Source: Lingula anatina
Lineage: Eukaryota > Animalia > Brachiopoda
Length of the DNA: 64,000 bases
Assembly (NCBI GenBank): GCA_051362555.1
Contig: CM120644.1
Coordinates: 22,218,534 to 22,282,533 of the forward strand
Reading direction: 5' to 3'
Shown: positions 39,920-53,660 of the stretch, in pieces
Layout of the letters: each line of letters starts with the position of its first letter
Numbering within the stretch: the first letter of the stretch is position 1
The notes under the pieces: model-generated
What the model was told of the DNA's origin: nothing
Seen by the model: only the letters and a program-made list of their open reading frames with translations
The model's database searches: none
Made by a program: the position numbers and the translations under genes

Positions 39920-40833
39920 TTAAAATCTTTTAAGAGATTCTAACAAAGTATTGCCATCAGTGGAGGTGTAGCGGACCACGAGTAAATGAAGAAATACTGT
40001 TGAATAATACTGCTGTTTATTCACGCAGTGTGAACAGAACTGAACAGAATCTGAACAGAAACTGAACAAAAACTGGTGAAAACTATAAAAAAAAAAGAAA
40101 AATTAAAAGTAATATTAACAATACAGTGAAATATCGAGATAAATAAACTAAATATACTAAATAACTTTATTCATGTGATCTTAACAAAAAAATCAATCTT
40201 ACATGCGTGTAAGTTTACTTCACTTATTATTTATTATTTAATTTTAAACACTTACACTAAAACAATATCCAGACTTATTTATTTTCCGCTGCCAAGTGGT
40301 TGCTCAGAGACGGCCATGACAATCTGAGCTGGTACTGTAATTTTATTTGAAACATAAATATACATGTTGTTTATGAAAATGCCACACCCATACCAACATA
40401 GACTTTAAACTACACAAAATACCTCTATATAAGTGAATTACACTTTATTAAATACATAAAGTTTACACAAGCTATACGTAATATCATAACATACCTCCAC
40501 TCTGCCAGTAAGTAATAAATGACCGCGCAGAGTACATGCAACATCGGCTTTAATACAGTTGACCACATGACTAAATGAACAGATGTTACTTAATTGAGTA
40601 GTGTTAGTAGTTTATTCTCTAACACAATATAAATAAACAAAAAAAAGTAAAAATGATAACAACGTATATAAAATCTGCTGTGTCGGCAACAGGAGGTCAC
40701 GTGTTCTAAAGACAAGCTCAGATATCAGAATAATAGCTATAACTGCCGTTTTTGTGGTAAAACAGAATATATTATATTATTCACAAAGTTTTTCTTGTGA
40801 AATATATATCTCATACGAAGAGTTATTATCCCT
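39764..40833. mobile_element. Non-autonomous Kolobok-like DNA transposon, long copy
   Basis: TIR agggataaaaactcttcgt ... acgaagagttattatccct flanked by TTTA/TTAA; second copy at 4786-5123. Confidence 0.7.
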
Positions 40834-41404
40834 TTAAGGTAACATTTTATGGTTAGGCCAAACTATGATATGAATGAAATATCAATATCTGCTCATTTAA
40901 GTGTATACAAATCCGAGGTGGCCTCCAAGGCTAAGAAAAACATGCCACTTACAGCCGCAGTATGGTGAATTCATCATGCACTTAAAACTACAAGTATGAA
41001 AATTATATTTATGTTTGATCATATGTAATTTTTGTTATATTTGTGAACGTTTGATCATGAATGGTGATTTAAAATTCCGTCCTTATAGTACATTTATATT
41101 GCAAAGCACCACTTTTCATTCAGCTCATTTCCGCACTTTCCTGAATGTAATGTTGGGGCAATGGCATGTCGAGTATGTTGGAATATAAAGAACCATTTAC
41201 AGATGTCACTTGTACTGACAAGGCCATTGACGCAGGGCGAATCCGATCTTTGTTCATGTGTAAAATTTTATCACAGACATGAGATTGTGTCCACGAAACA
41301 AATTACCTGGATATTGATAACAATCTGATAATCACTTATACAACCAGAGGAGCAAGGTAAGTAAAGACCTATTTAAATGCTGAGCCATCTTAAATAATGT
41401 TATA

Positions 41405-41745
41405 CTCTAGTCACACTAGAGACGGAATGATCTAGAATTTAGTCGGAATGAGAATATGTTGTATATTTCTGGATATTCGAATTGCGTTAGGAAAAATCTG
41501 AGTGCATTCCAAATATATAGGCCCATTCTTGTGTTCATTGGGAATATTTTGCACATGCTCAAAATTTTCGAAGTGCATTCCAAGTGGAGAAATATCGCTT
41601 GATATTCAAAGTGTATTCTAACTGCACTATAAGGGCATTCTCAATATTCTTACGACATTCAAACAGCATTCGAAACATTCTGATCACGTTCGCGGGAGAA
41701 CCAAAATGGCAAGACACTTCAAATCCTGCGAGAATGTTCTGTAAT
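41405..41745. mobile_element. Partial copy of the gaatgcattc-rich Harbinger-like MITE also found at 47168-47887
   Basis: Clear homology from ctagtcacactagag through ggcaagacacttcaaatcc. Confidence 0.65.
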
Positions 41746-44700
41746 GAGCCAGGGACCGTATCTCGAAAGCTTCGCGTATTGCGAATAGCGATATAGAGGC
41801 TACAATGTATTATATGGGGCGAGTGGAATCGAGACGCTAGGTCGCAATGCGCGATGCTTTCGGGATACAGGGTTCTGGAATGCAATACGAATGCATCTCG
41901 ATTGCTGCCGATGGTGCCTTCCGCATATCGCCGTTTTACGTAACGATAGTTAGACAGTTCGATCACTTCCTCGAACCTACCGTAGAAACTTGATCCATGG
42001 TGTATGAACATGACGTTTTACAAATTTAAAACAACCAGTCAGCATTACCAGCATTAGGAGCAGGCCTGTCAGTTACAGTTTTCAGATCATCAATATTTTT
42101 ATTATTTAAGATTATGATATCGTCGAGTTCTGACCAGGAAGCCGTTTCCATGCAAAAGAGTCTGATACAGTGAAGCTTAGCATTTTTCATGCATCAGCAC
42201 TCTCATTCGGACTACATTTGTACATTTTGTGTAGCATCAAAATTTACAGATTTTTCAAAAGGAGAAATTGATCAATAGCAAATGTTGGTATTGTTGAACA
42301 GTGGAGAAGTTTTTTTTTCATTTAATTGCTAAGCAAATTCATTTTAAATTGAAATGACTCGACATTAAATAAGTTTTTGAGAAATTCATCATGCTAAAAT
42401 ACATGTATAATTAACCTCCATATATAACACGGTTATGAAATATATTATGAATTCTTTGCTTTACCATACTTCATTAAAACATACTATTATACATGTGTTA
42501 ATGGCACCTGGAAATAGTGGCGAGAGCTGGAAGGCGTTGGCGAGTGCCAGCACTGAGACAATTGCCAAGATGGCGAGTCCTGAAAAATTAAGCCGTACAT
42601 GTAGCCGTACATGTATGTCCCTCCATCATATTATTGTCAGACATAAGCGAATAAAACGCAATAGCTTTATTCTTAGTACATGGCAAAGCTGATGAAATTC
42701 TGTTGGAACGTGTTCAATGTTCATTTTTATTAATTTGATTATTTTATAAAACGAGTGTTTGAAATTTCAAAAGCTACAAGGTTGAGGAAGAGTATTTTGA
42801 CATCACTATTCTAGGGGAAGAGGTGGTATTTAGATGCATGGTTCACCCATGATAAACCAATGAAATGATAGATCAAGGATGGCAATAAGATAATAAAATC
42901 TCTGTCCACCCACTTGCAATCAGATATTACACTGCAACTGGACAAAACGTCGACAAACAAACTGTCCGTATTTCTCTACATTGCGATCTCCTTGATGCAG
43001 TAGACCATAGTCTCAGCGGTTGTGTCAAACTGAAACATTCTCAGACGAATTTCTGTATGCGAACATAAAGATGTTTAATGATTGTGCAGCATTACAAGAT
43101 GATCTTGCGATACGCAGTTGTCTTAACGTAGATACATGTAGGAGTCTCCTTTTCTTTATGGAGACATAAAGAATTGTCAAGATAATTTAGGCTTATTAAG
43201 CTCCACTTGTACGAATTTGATGTTGTACCGACTGTATACCGACAACGTATCAATCAGCTAGGACGACGCACGAACGCAACTGCACTGATATTGAAAGGGC
43301 CCCTGCATCACTTTTCAACTGACAAGCCCATTCTCTAACCTGTCCTGCAGGTAATATTGGGGAAATGGTTCGTCAAGTATGTTGGAAAGTAAAGTATAAT
43401 ATGCGGGAAACGTATTTTGTCTCGTTTTTATTACTCCTAAGGTGCCATTGTACTGTAGTCTTAAGACCCGTGACTTAAAGATTGAGAACAAACACCACTT
43501 CATTATACACGCCAGTAGCTAAGGAATATGAGAATAACACTGAGAAACACATTTATTTGGAATGGGTCTTATATTAGTTTGTTTTGCGAGGGCTATATAA
43601 AACGCCCGCTATTCAATCTACTGCTTTGTCGAGTGGTTTTTGTGTCAGGGGGTATTTATAACTATGATTCACGATATTTTCCAGTATTGTGTGTTGTGTC
43701 GAGAAATTGCGCAGTTGTCAGACATGGGCCCTAGTGAGACAACGTGATAGGGAAGAAAGAGGATGCAAATTACCTCAGAGGTAAATCTAACATGTTTGAC
43801 CTGTTTATTTCTTCATTGATGATACTTCTAATATCGAGGTAACTTCAATATGCTGTTCTATGTACTACATAGACGTTACTTTTACTTTACCTGTTTATTC
43901 TGTCGACACTATTTATGGCGATGTGCAATTTTAACATATAAGGTGACACAACCATATGTACAAAGTGAATTACTGTGAACATATCAGTTAAAATCAAGCT
44001 GGTGGCACCGTTTGTTCAATATAGAGGTAGGAAAAATATGACAGATCTCAAACTAAGAATTTGGGCGCCGCTGGACCCACATTCAGAGATTTATTGACGT
44101 CAGATGTCCTATGGACCCTTTTCATCTTTTGCGAGAATAAGGAGTGCGTGTGACAGGAACCGCGCGCCACAGGGGTCGTTGTAGTCCTCTGCTGTTTCCA
44201 GCATGGCTTGGCTAGGTGTAGATGATGCGTATAGGCCTATAAAATGGTCGTTTACAGCGTGCGCTGCTACGTGTCAAACTAATAACCAGTACACTCGTAC
44301 AAAGCTTCCTAGTGTATGGACAGGTACGTACGTCTTTATAATATTACATGCACATGTACATATGCAAGCCGTGGCGATATCTCTTAATTAGTTATCTTGT
44401 GTACAGTATCAGTTCATTGGGATTTTTATCTTGTTTGAAGGATGACTTAATAGAATTTTGAAATAACAAAGTGAAATAATTTCCTTCATTTCTTTATTTG
44501 TACCTATTGTGTCTACAGGTAAAACTGTTCGTCGGTTAACTGATTAAATCATTTGTACCTGATAAGGCATCAGGTATTACTTGTTCAATTGTTCGGTAAG
44601 AGGAGCCGCCACATTGTTAAATAGGTGAGACAGGTGTTTTCGACTCCTTCCTAGACGATAATTACACTGTTCACCGTGCCTTATATTAGTATTTGTACAA

Positions 44701-45585
44701 AATTTACAACAAAAAAATGTCCCACTTTCGGTCTGACAAGTCTGAAAATTCTGTCAAACTGAAACAAAACCGTCAGACCAAACCAAATTATAGCAATTGG
44801 GCATATTATTTGATTTCGTAATGTTTTCATGTGCATTTTCATCGTTTTCAATCATAGACAATAAAATCATTCAAATTAAGTTTTTTCCATACATTTCATA
44901 CTTTTCATCGTGCAATATATTTAAGACAGTTAATACTTAAATACTTAGCATATTTGTATTACTTCACAAATACATTGTTAGATATTTTTATGATCCATTT
45001 TATATCTTTACCATACGTGTACTGTGCACGAGAAGCTTACAGGAAGGTTTTTCTTAATAACAATATATGATCCATAAATTTTCTAATTCACTTGTCGTTG
45101 AGTTCAGAAATACACAACTTTTTATTTTACCGATAACGCGTTCAACAAGTTCTGAGCCTACGTACTTTCTTTTTCGTATGTCACTATCAATATTGATAAT
45201 TTGATCCCCATTTGTAGACATCAGTAATACGTGACTGGATACAAGAATTCGTGAAAGTTCTTGAACTATTTATAAGTAGAAAACCCCGTGTAAAACTTAA
45301 CGGCTTTTAGTTTCTTTTTCCAAAACTTCATGCTTTGTCTTTTCTTTCTTTTCAATCCTCATTATTTTTTTCAGATCTTTATAAGTTTTTTATGCGCATA
45401 TTGTTTTCCCTTGAGTTCTATAATTAGAACCCTTGATTAACTTGCTGGGCCCAGTTTTATAAAAGACGTTTAGCACTAACCACCGGTTAAATCCAGTGTT
45501 CAACTTAAACGACGTTTAACTGGGTTTCATAAACGTCGTTTAGCACTAACCAATGGTTACATCTTTTTGACAGATTTATTATTAA

Positions 45586-45618
<33 letters not shown>

Positions 45619-45952
45619 TTGAAAATAAGTACATAAACATACTTTGGCAATCTCAATCATCTCTTTGTTTTCTCAGATATTGTTGACATTGCCAAAGTAC
45701 ATTAAAGAAGCGCAGACAACACAAATGAACAATGGATTAATTATTGGTATTTTATTTTGTTTATAGAAACCCATTGCATTCTGGGAAATTTCATTTCCAC
45801 ATATGGTCTGGATAAGTTGTTCATAGCAACTAAACACTGGTTAAGAGAATTAAACGTCCGTTAACTAACCGGCTGTTCAAACACTGTTTATAAAACACAA
45901 TTTTAATTAATCGCCGTTTAGTTAACCAATGTTTGGTGAATTTATCCACTGG

Positions 45953-48511
45953 TAGGGGTGGGCAAATGAAAGCTTATTTGGGAAATTTAATTTCAGACAA
46001 TTGGATTCTATGGTCATTTTGGCTGCTGAATACAAATCTAATAAGTATTTTCATTTTAAATTACATCTGATATTGGTATCAAGTTACTTTTCAAAATGGC
46101 CATCAAACGTTCCCTCAATTCACATATTTCTCATGTAAATCTTTAAATATCAGTCCAAAGATGGCTTGTTATATGTTTTACCATATGATTTCATGATCAA
46201 TGAGTGCAAATAGATACATCATTTCTGTTGGGTCACTTCATTTTGGGTTAACAAGAGGAATTTTTGGTCATTTTGAGGTAAAAATCACCCCCAAATCACC
46301 ATTTCTGTGTGCATAAATACAAATGTCTATATGCAACTGTGGCTTTTAAATTAGGAAAAACAAATATACAACAAATATGGTCAATATTGTTCAAGGATCA
46401 CATGAAACTGAAAAGTTTTGACATATAAAATAGACATAATGTTAGTTACATATGGGAATATTTACAGTAGAACACCCAGTAGCAGAGCATTAAGGATATT
46501 GTTACTCTTTATTACCACCCAGATACTGAAAATGAGTTTTTTCCTGCGTCTTTTTGCTGCTTTGAAACAATGAAAAAACTCTTGAAAATATGAAATATTG
46601 GCATTTATATTTTTTTGTTGCAATGTATAAGCATAAGCAACTCAAAGCTTTAATCATCTATTTAATAGCTTTCTTTTTTTAGATTAGTTAGCAATCCATA
46701 TGGGGCTTAACTTCATCGCTGAACAAGATTTTAGCACGAAAATTGGCCAATGGACCACAATCCCATGCCAACGTTTTTGTTTAAATGCTTTTGTTATGGA
46801 GTTATGAGTCCGTAATGACAGATCTTCTAAAAACAAAGGTATTATTTTGCTTTATCAACGATAAAATCTGAACTAAGGCTTTAAAAAAATCACTGGCAGG
46901 GTTTTGGGGTACTAAATGGTGTATTAAACTGGCTTTGAAATAGTGATCACGGGTGTTCAGGTAAAACAGAAATTTGAGAAACCGATTTTTCAGTTTTTAC
47001 CCCTTAACTGCAATTATGCCGTCACCCGAAAGATGACATGTGTAAATGTTAATTAATGTAATCACTGAACACTGAAAATTTATTTATCACCGAAAAGAAT
47101 GTATGTAAGGCAGTAAATAAGGAGTTTTGGGTGAATGGTGACAATATCCTTATTGTCTTCATTTATAACCTAGTCACACTAGAGCCGGAATGAGCTAGAA
47201 TGTAGGCGGAATGAAAATTTCTTGTTTATTCCTGAATATTTGAAGTATCTAAAAATTCTAAGCCCATTCGAAATGTTTGGGTCCATTCTTGCGTCCTGTT
47301 AAAATGTTTTGCTCATTCTCAAAACTTTTGAAGTGCATTCCAAGTGGAAAAATATTGAATGGCATTCAAGTGTATTCTAACTGCACTATGAGCGCATTCT
47401 TAAGATTCTTACGAAATTCCAACAGCATTCAAAACATTTTGATCACATTCGAGGGAGAACCGAAATGGCAAGGCGCTTCAAATCTTGTCGGAATGTTCTA
47501 CATTGTGCCTCCAGTGAGCAGGAATGCAACTCGAATGCATCTTGATTGCAGGCCGGAATTCAGCCAGCAATGAAACCACACTTGTGTGGCATTTGAAGTG
47601 CATTCTAAATATTCTCACTATATTTAGACAGCATTAACGTTATTCCTAATGTGTTCCAACTACATTCGAGCTGCGCTTGAGAGCTAATACAATACAACCG
47701 AAATGTGCACGAATCATTCCAGGTGGGTTCGAAGGGCATTCTGAGGTTCTGAGATTCTGAGGTATTCTTACTGGAATTAAGGTTAATTTTATATTACCCA
47801 ACGAACGTGGGGCAAATTTTGAAAATTCTTCATTATGGCTCATTCTGCTTGATTACTTCAGATTCCAAATAAGTGTGACAGGGGGCTTTACAGTGCCTTC
47901 TGGTCTCTGTATTTCTTGTTGATGCTTTCATGGTGGTGGTGAGATACTCTTAAACTACGCAACTGGAAACTAAGTACTATTCCAAGGTTAAGAGCTTAGA
48001 GGTTGTAAGAGGTTGATGTCACCTGACAAAGTTTTACCTGTTCTGAAGGAAAGGAAAATTATACAGCATAAAATTTGTTGGTACACATCCATGAAGGTAT
48101 TTTAAGCATTGTTTTAATACCAAACTGTAATCCATGAATTAAGTATGTACATAATGGCCATTATTTATATTTATCTTAGGCTCGAAGTGTGTATTTTATG
48201 TATATGTTTGTTTTAAATAACATATTTTTACAGATGTCACCCTAACAATATTGCAAATGTCTTGAATATGCTGATATTTGAACTCAGCAACCCTCAAAAC
48301 ATATAGAAAGACATATTACACACCATTTTTATGTACTTTACTGTGAAAATATGGCCAAAAAGCCATTTCCAGCCTTTTTTCACAAACAAATAGCAGATAC
48401 CAATATAAATCTTTAGCTTTGGTGAAAAATTTTGTCAGATTTGTGTTCAGCAGCAAAAATGGCCATAGAATCCACCTGTTTTGAAAAAAAATTGTCATTT
48501 GCCCACCCCTA
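45953..48511. mobile_element. hAT-like non-autonomous element (nest level 3)
   Basis: Perfect 17-bp TIR taggggtgggcaaatga; 7-bp direct repeat ccactgg on both sides. Confidence 0.8.
47168..47887. mobile_element. Harbinger-like MITE (nest level 4)
   Basis: Ends acctagtcacact ... agtgtgacagggggc; second partial copy at 41405. Confidence 0.65.
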
Positions 48512-49677
48512 CCACTGGTTAGGCTTATCCCCTGGTTAGTGATAAACTTCCTTTAAAAACCGGGCCCTGGTTTTTACTTAAACACTGTTGATCTACTAAT
48601 ATTGTAGGTTTTCTTCTTGCCTTTGAAATGTTCGGCGCAAACGCGGTGCCCTGCTCTTGATCCAAACCCGCTGAAATTTCTTTTCTTTCTACTGATGTTG
48701 TCTACCCATATTTTTCATTCTGACGGATTTGTTTGAACTTTTAAAAAATCCATGTGTCGATCTCGCTTACTGTTATTGTACATGTAGCAGCGGGACACAC
48801 AGCATGACATGGTCTAACTGTTTCGACATAGCAAGGACTCACTTTCCCACAATGCAATTTCCAACATGGAAAAGATGAAAAGGGTCTATAGGGGTCAATG
48901 GCGCAGGGCGTGGCTGATTTCTGTTAAAGTGGTGACGTTTCTATCACCGACACATTGAGGACATCCATGACACAAGTTCCACTTACAGTAATTCATATCT
49001 TTGATAAACACCGTTACAACTACAATACCAAAGTAAGTAAAAAATCGAGACCTCCTGATAAAATTCAAATTTTATTACTCTACTTTCGGGATTGAAAATA
49101 AACGTATACGAACTGTAGAATTTGTACTTTTTTTACTGTGGCATTAAAAAGTATGTCAAAAGCAATTTACTGGATACTTAAATGAAAAAAAAATCATGCA
49201 CAAATTTGAGGGCTTTACAAACAAAAATGAAAACTTTCTCCTCAACACAGGCACTTTATAATAAGAATCGCTAAAATGTAGTTAAAACTACACAGTTTAT
49301 CCCATTCATTCTTATGAAAAATAACCAGTGGCATGAAAAGAAATTCGAAAGATATAATGCATGGGCGGATAAAGGATTATTTTCATTAAGGATTATAATG
49401 GGGGAGGGGGTATTCGTTTTTTAAAGAATAAATAGCCTCGGATGCGAATCCGACCTTTTCCCCCTTGGTGTGGGTTTTTTTCTGGGGGCTAACGGTGTCA
49501 TTTGGTGCAGTTTAGAACTATTATTCAGCTATTTAAAAAAAAATTAATCAGATAAGATTTGATGATATTTTTAAAAACGGCGTACATGTACATGTATTCT
49601 AGTGAGTTAGGACACTTTGTAAAGAATAATGGCGTATAAATCATAAAAGATTTATACGCCATAAAAAGATCAAAAAC

Positions 49678-49679
<2 letters not shown>

Positions 49680-49753
<74 letters not shown>
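49680..49753. repeat. (TA)n microsatellite
   Basis: Directly visible. Confidence 0.95.
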
Positions 49754-49755
<2 letters not shown>

Positions 49756-50002
49756 TTCCTCAAGAACCCTCTTTTGGTTTTAAATAATGCACACTTAAGG
49801 ATGTACACGTTCAGCTGACCAAAATGTACGGTATACTTATAACTAGGATTCAATACACGTATGTTGTATTCTAGCTTATCAAGCCAAATGGTAACCGTTT
49901 TACCAGCTATAAAGTGTAGATGAATTGTTCTCACTCCCTCCCAACTGTTGAGTAAAGATAAGTATTCACCAAGTAACAAAATAAATGAACCTAAATCACA
50001 TG

Positions 50003-53000
50003 TATAATATAATATTATATATTTATTCCAAGTCTAAAATCCATAAAATGTTCAATAGACTGTACAACATAAAATACAAAGAAGTTTATAGATAAAAATG
50101 GTTAAGATATATTTTATATAAGTAAGAGCTAAACTAAATTGTAATAAACAGTAATTAAAAGTAAAAAAATCCAAGGTTTCTTTAAAATTGTAAAATTTAA
50201 AATTCATGAATAAAATGTCTTAAAAATATGAGTTTTTAATTCCTTTTTAAAATATTCTTGTGATTCTATTTGTCTAATAAAATTGGCAACTTATTCCACT
50301 CTACTGGTGCAGCTACGCAAAATGATTTTGGAACTTTCAGTAGAAGTTTGTCACCAGACCTCGGGGATCTTTGAGGACTATAATGTTTGACTAGATCAGT
50401 TATATATGGTGGAGCTAGATTATAAAAAGCAGCATGTGTAAAAACTAAAATCTTAAATAAAATTCTGGCCCTAACTGGTAACCAGTGCAGATGCTTTAAA
50501 ACTGGAGTGATATGGCAATCACCAGGCTGTAGCATTAAAAGCCGTGCTGAGATATTCTGGATACGTTGTAATCTTTTGATCTTATCATCTGGACATCCAT
50601 ATAATACAGAATTGCAATAGTCTAGCCTGGAAGTTACCAATGAGTGTATGACAGTAGCAGCAGATGATTGATTCAGATGTTTCCTTATGGTGCTAATATC
50701 CCGAATGTTGAATAAACAAGACCTTGTGATGTTGGAGATCTGTTTGACCATTGAAAGTGTAGAATCAAAGTATACTCCTAAATTTTTTACATGGGGGGAG
50801 GAAAATGCCATACTAGTTCCAATTTTAAGTTGCAAGTTGTGAGCAAGGCCCTTGTTGTGTGATTGAGTAATGACTAAAAATTCTGTTTTTCCATCATTTA
50901 TCTTCAATTTGTTTGAAATGAGCCAACCTCTGAGGTCTGATTGTGTTCACAGGCAATGCTGGATCATGGATGTTACAAGATGTATACAACTGGGTATCAT
51001 CGGCATGAAAGTGGTAACCTATCTTATGATAACGCAGGATTGCTCCAAGGGGTAACGTGTAAACACAAAACTTAAGCGGGCCAAGCACGCTCCCCTGAGG
51101 GACACCAAATAAAAGCTGTGAGAGTTCAGAAAGCACACCATTTATATTAACGTGATGCATTCTCCCAACAAGATAGGATCGTAAAAGATCTAAGGCCTTA
51201 TCTCTAACCCCTACACTCTGCTCTAGAAATGTCAATAAAATATTATGGTCTACTGAGTCAAACGCAGCAGACAATTCTAACAGTACCAATAACATAGCAG
51301 AATGTTTGTCAACACCACTTAACAAATCATTTTTTATTCTCAAAAGTGCAGATTCTGTGCTATGATTGAATTTGTAGGCTGACTGCATTTCCTCAACAAG
51401 ATTGTTTGCTTCTAAATGCTTAAATAGTCTAACTGCTATAACCCTTTCTACTACCTTAGATAAAAATGACAAATTGGAAACAGGACGATAGTTTACCAAA
51501 AGATCCGTGTCAAGGTTGTCCTTTTTGAGTAGTGGGCGAATTATTGGAGATTAAAACTTTTTTGGAAAAACACCCACAGTGAAACATTTGTTGATAATTT
51601 CCACAATCAAATATATTACAGCCGGAAGAATCTGAACCAATAATGATGATGGGATCGGGTCTAACATGCATGGTGTCTTTTTGGAACTGTTTATTATCTT
51701 TGTTACTTCACAAGTGGTTGTTGGTTCAAATATAGTGATGAGTGACTGCGGTTCTTGTAAAAGTTCTGACAAAGGTGGATGCGGTGGTGTAGTCACAGTC
51801 TTTTCTAATTCAGAAAGTTCAGCGTTGATATTACTGACTTTAGACACAAAAAAGTCACTCATGTTATTTGCAAGATTTTTCACTGAATCTGTTTTGGGGT
51901 ACTTAGAGCAATTGGTTATTCCCAGAATAGTGTTGACAGTTCTAAATAAAGCCTTGATATCACCATCACATTCTTGTATCATGTTAGAATAATACGTTTC
52001 TTTAGCTTGACAGATTAATTTGTTTACATGACAACATGCTTCTTTATAGAACTGATGATGGACAGTTAATTTACTACCTCGCCACTTCCTCTCCGCCTTC
52101 CTTCTGTCTCTCTTTGTCTCCAGAATGTGATCATTCATCCAAGGTTGCAGATCTTTCTTAGCAAACGTTTTAGTTTTGACAGGTACAAGGTTGTCAAGTG
52201 CAGTTGTCAATGTCCTGTCATACAGAAGCACACATTCCTCAGGACTCAAATTATCAAAACTTAAATCACCCAGCTGTGATGTAATCTGTCGTTGTAATTC
52301 ATTTACATCAATGCCCTTGATTTTTCTGAACGAGACTTTCTCCTTACTGGGGTGCGGTCTGCCACATCTAAGCGTGGTGTTGATAACATGATGGTCAGAA
52401 AGTAAATGCCCTACCTCACATGATGTTACAAGTGAATCACTTTCCCTAGCCAATACCATATCAAGCGTATGACCGCGAACATGGGTGGGATCTAACACGT
52501 ACTGTGTAAGTCCAAATGAATCAATTAATGAAGCAAACTGCTTGGTTTCAGAAATGTGTTGATCATCCCAGTGTATATTCAAGTCGCCGACGACAAGAAG
52601 TTTCCCTCGAAGAGGTGCTAGGTACTCAAGGAGATCAGAAAAATCACTGAGGAATAACATATTTCGCAAATTATTGGTTTTAGATGGAGGTATTCTGTAT
52701 ACTGTAATGATACGCAATGTCACTGATATAGCTGTAACTAAAACCTCAATGTACTCAAAAGACAATGGTTCAATCCTTTTTGGCTGTTGGGTTACTGTGA
52801 AGCTGCCCTGTGAAAGAAAAGCAACTCCACCCCCTCTCCGAATCGTGCGAGGTATATGAATACACTGGTTGGGGTAATATCGGTTAGCATATAATGTTGA
52901 AGATCGGGTGTTATCCAGCTTTCCACTAAGGAGACTAAATCAATATTGTCATCCTTCACCAAGTCACGTATGATAGACCCCTTATTCCTCACTGATCTAC

Positions 53001-53660
53001 AGTTCATAAGTGCCAACTTGACTGTGGGTACCTGTACAGTTCTTTCAGTTATCACATACTTTAAGTTATGAAAGTTTACACCACTTTGATAATCATCATT
53101 CCCATTTCTACTGTTCTAGATGTTATTCTTCTACTTGATACATATTTTATCCTTCTATTTAGTCCAACTCCTCCTTTACTTCCTCTACAGTTTCTGATAA
53201 TTTTGAACTTACAAAGCAGTTTCTTGACATTGTTAGGTAGATTGTTTACATCAGATGTTGGCTCCGGTTGTAGATGAAAAAGCTGTCTTCTACAGTAAGT
53301 GATGGGTGGCACTCTTCTACTCAATGTCCCAAAGCTACTAATTGCCATGACTTGTGGTTGAGTGGTCAATAACTCTGACAACAACTCAGACTGAGCAGTA
53401 TTTGACCAGTATACTGGTGACCTTTCTTGTGTTGAATAACTTATAGCTGCACCATATGTACTTAGTCTACCAACAAAAAAATGTCCAAAAGCTCCAAAAT
53501 GTAGCAGTAAAAAGAGCGTCCAGTGGATACATTGAAATCTTGGATCAATCACTAAAATCACAGTCTATGAATTATGCATCTAAAATACCAGAACCAGGTA
53601 AAAAAACGACTAAAATTGAGAGCTTCAAACAAGCTGTAGGCTGCACAAAACTGGCGCCCT
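50003..53660 (-). mobile_element. L2/CR1-group LINE retrotransposon, near full length, ORF2 (APE endonuclease + RT) disrupted
   Basis: EN motifs LMNCRSVRNK, VESW, GDLN, GHTLD, SDH; RT motifs NYRPVSNL, LSAAFDSVDH, GVPQGSVLGP, HADDTQLY; C-terminal KTEFL and SRLDYCNS. Split by stops and frameshifts. The flanks rejoin to match the paralogous block at 27310-27600; ends are approximate. Confidence 0.93.

Larger units (their letters stand above)
45448..48566. mobile_element. PIF/Harbinger-like MITE (nest level 2)
   Basis: TIR ggcccagttttataaaagacgtttagcactaacca / tggttagtgataaacttcctttaaaaaccgggcc, CTG duplicated on both sides. Confidence 0.75.
44113..48887. mobile_element. DNA transposon with AT target duplication, outer shell of a nested cluster
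   Basis: TIR (g/a)gacccttttcatctttt at both ends flanked by AT; the flanks rejoin to match the uninterrupted paralogous block at ~15950-15975. Confidence 0.75.
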
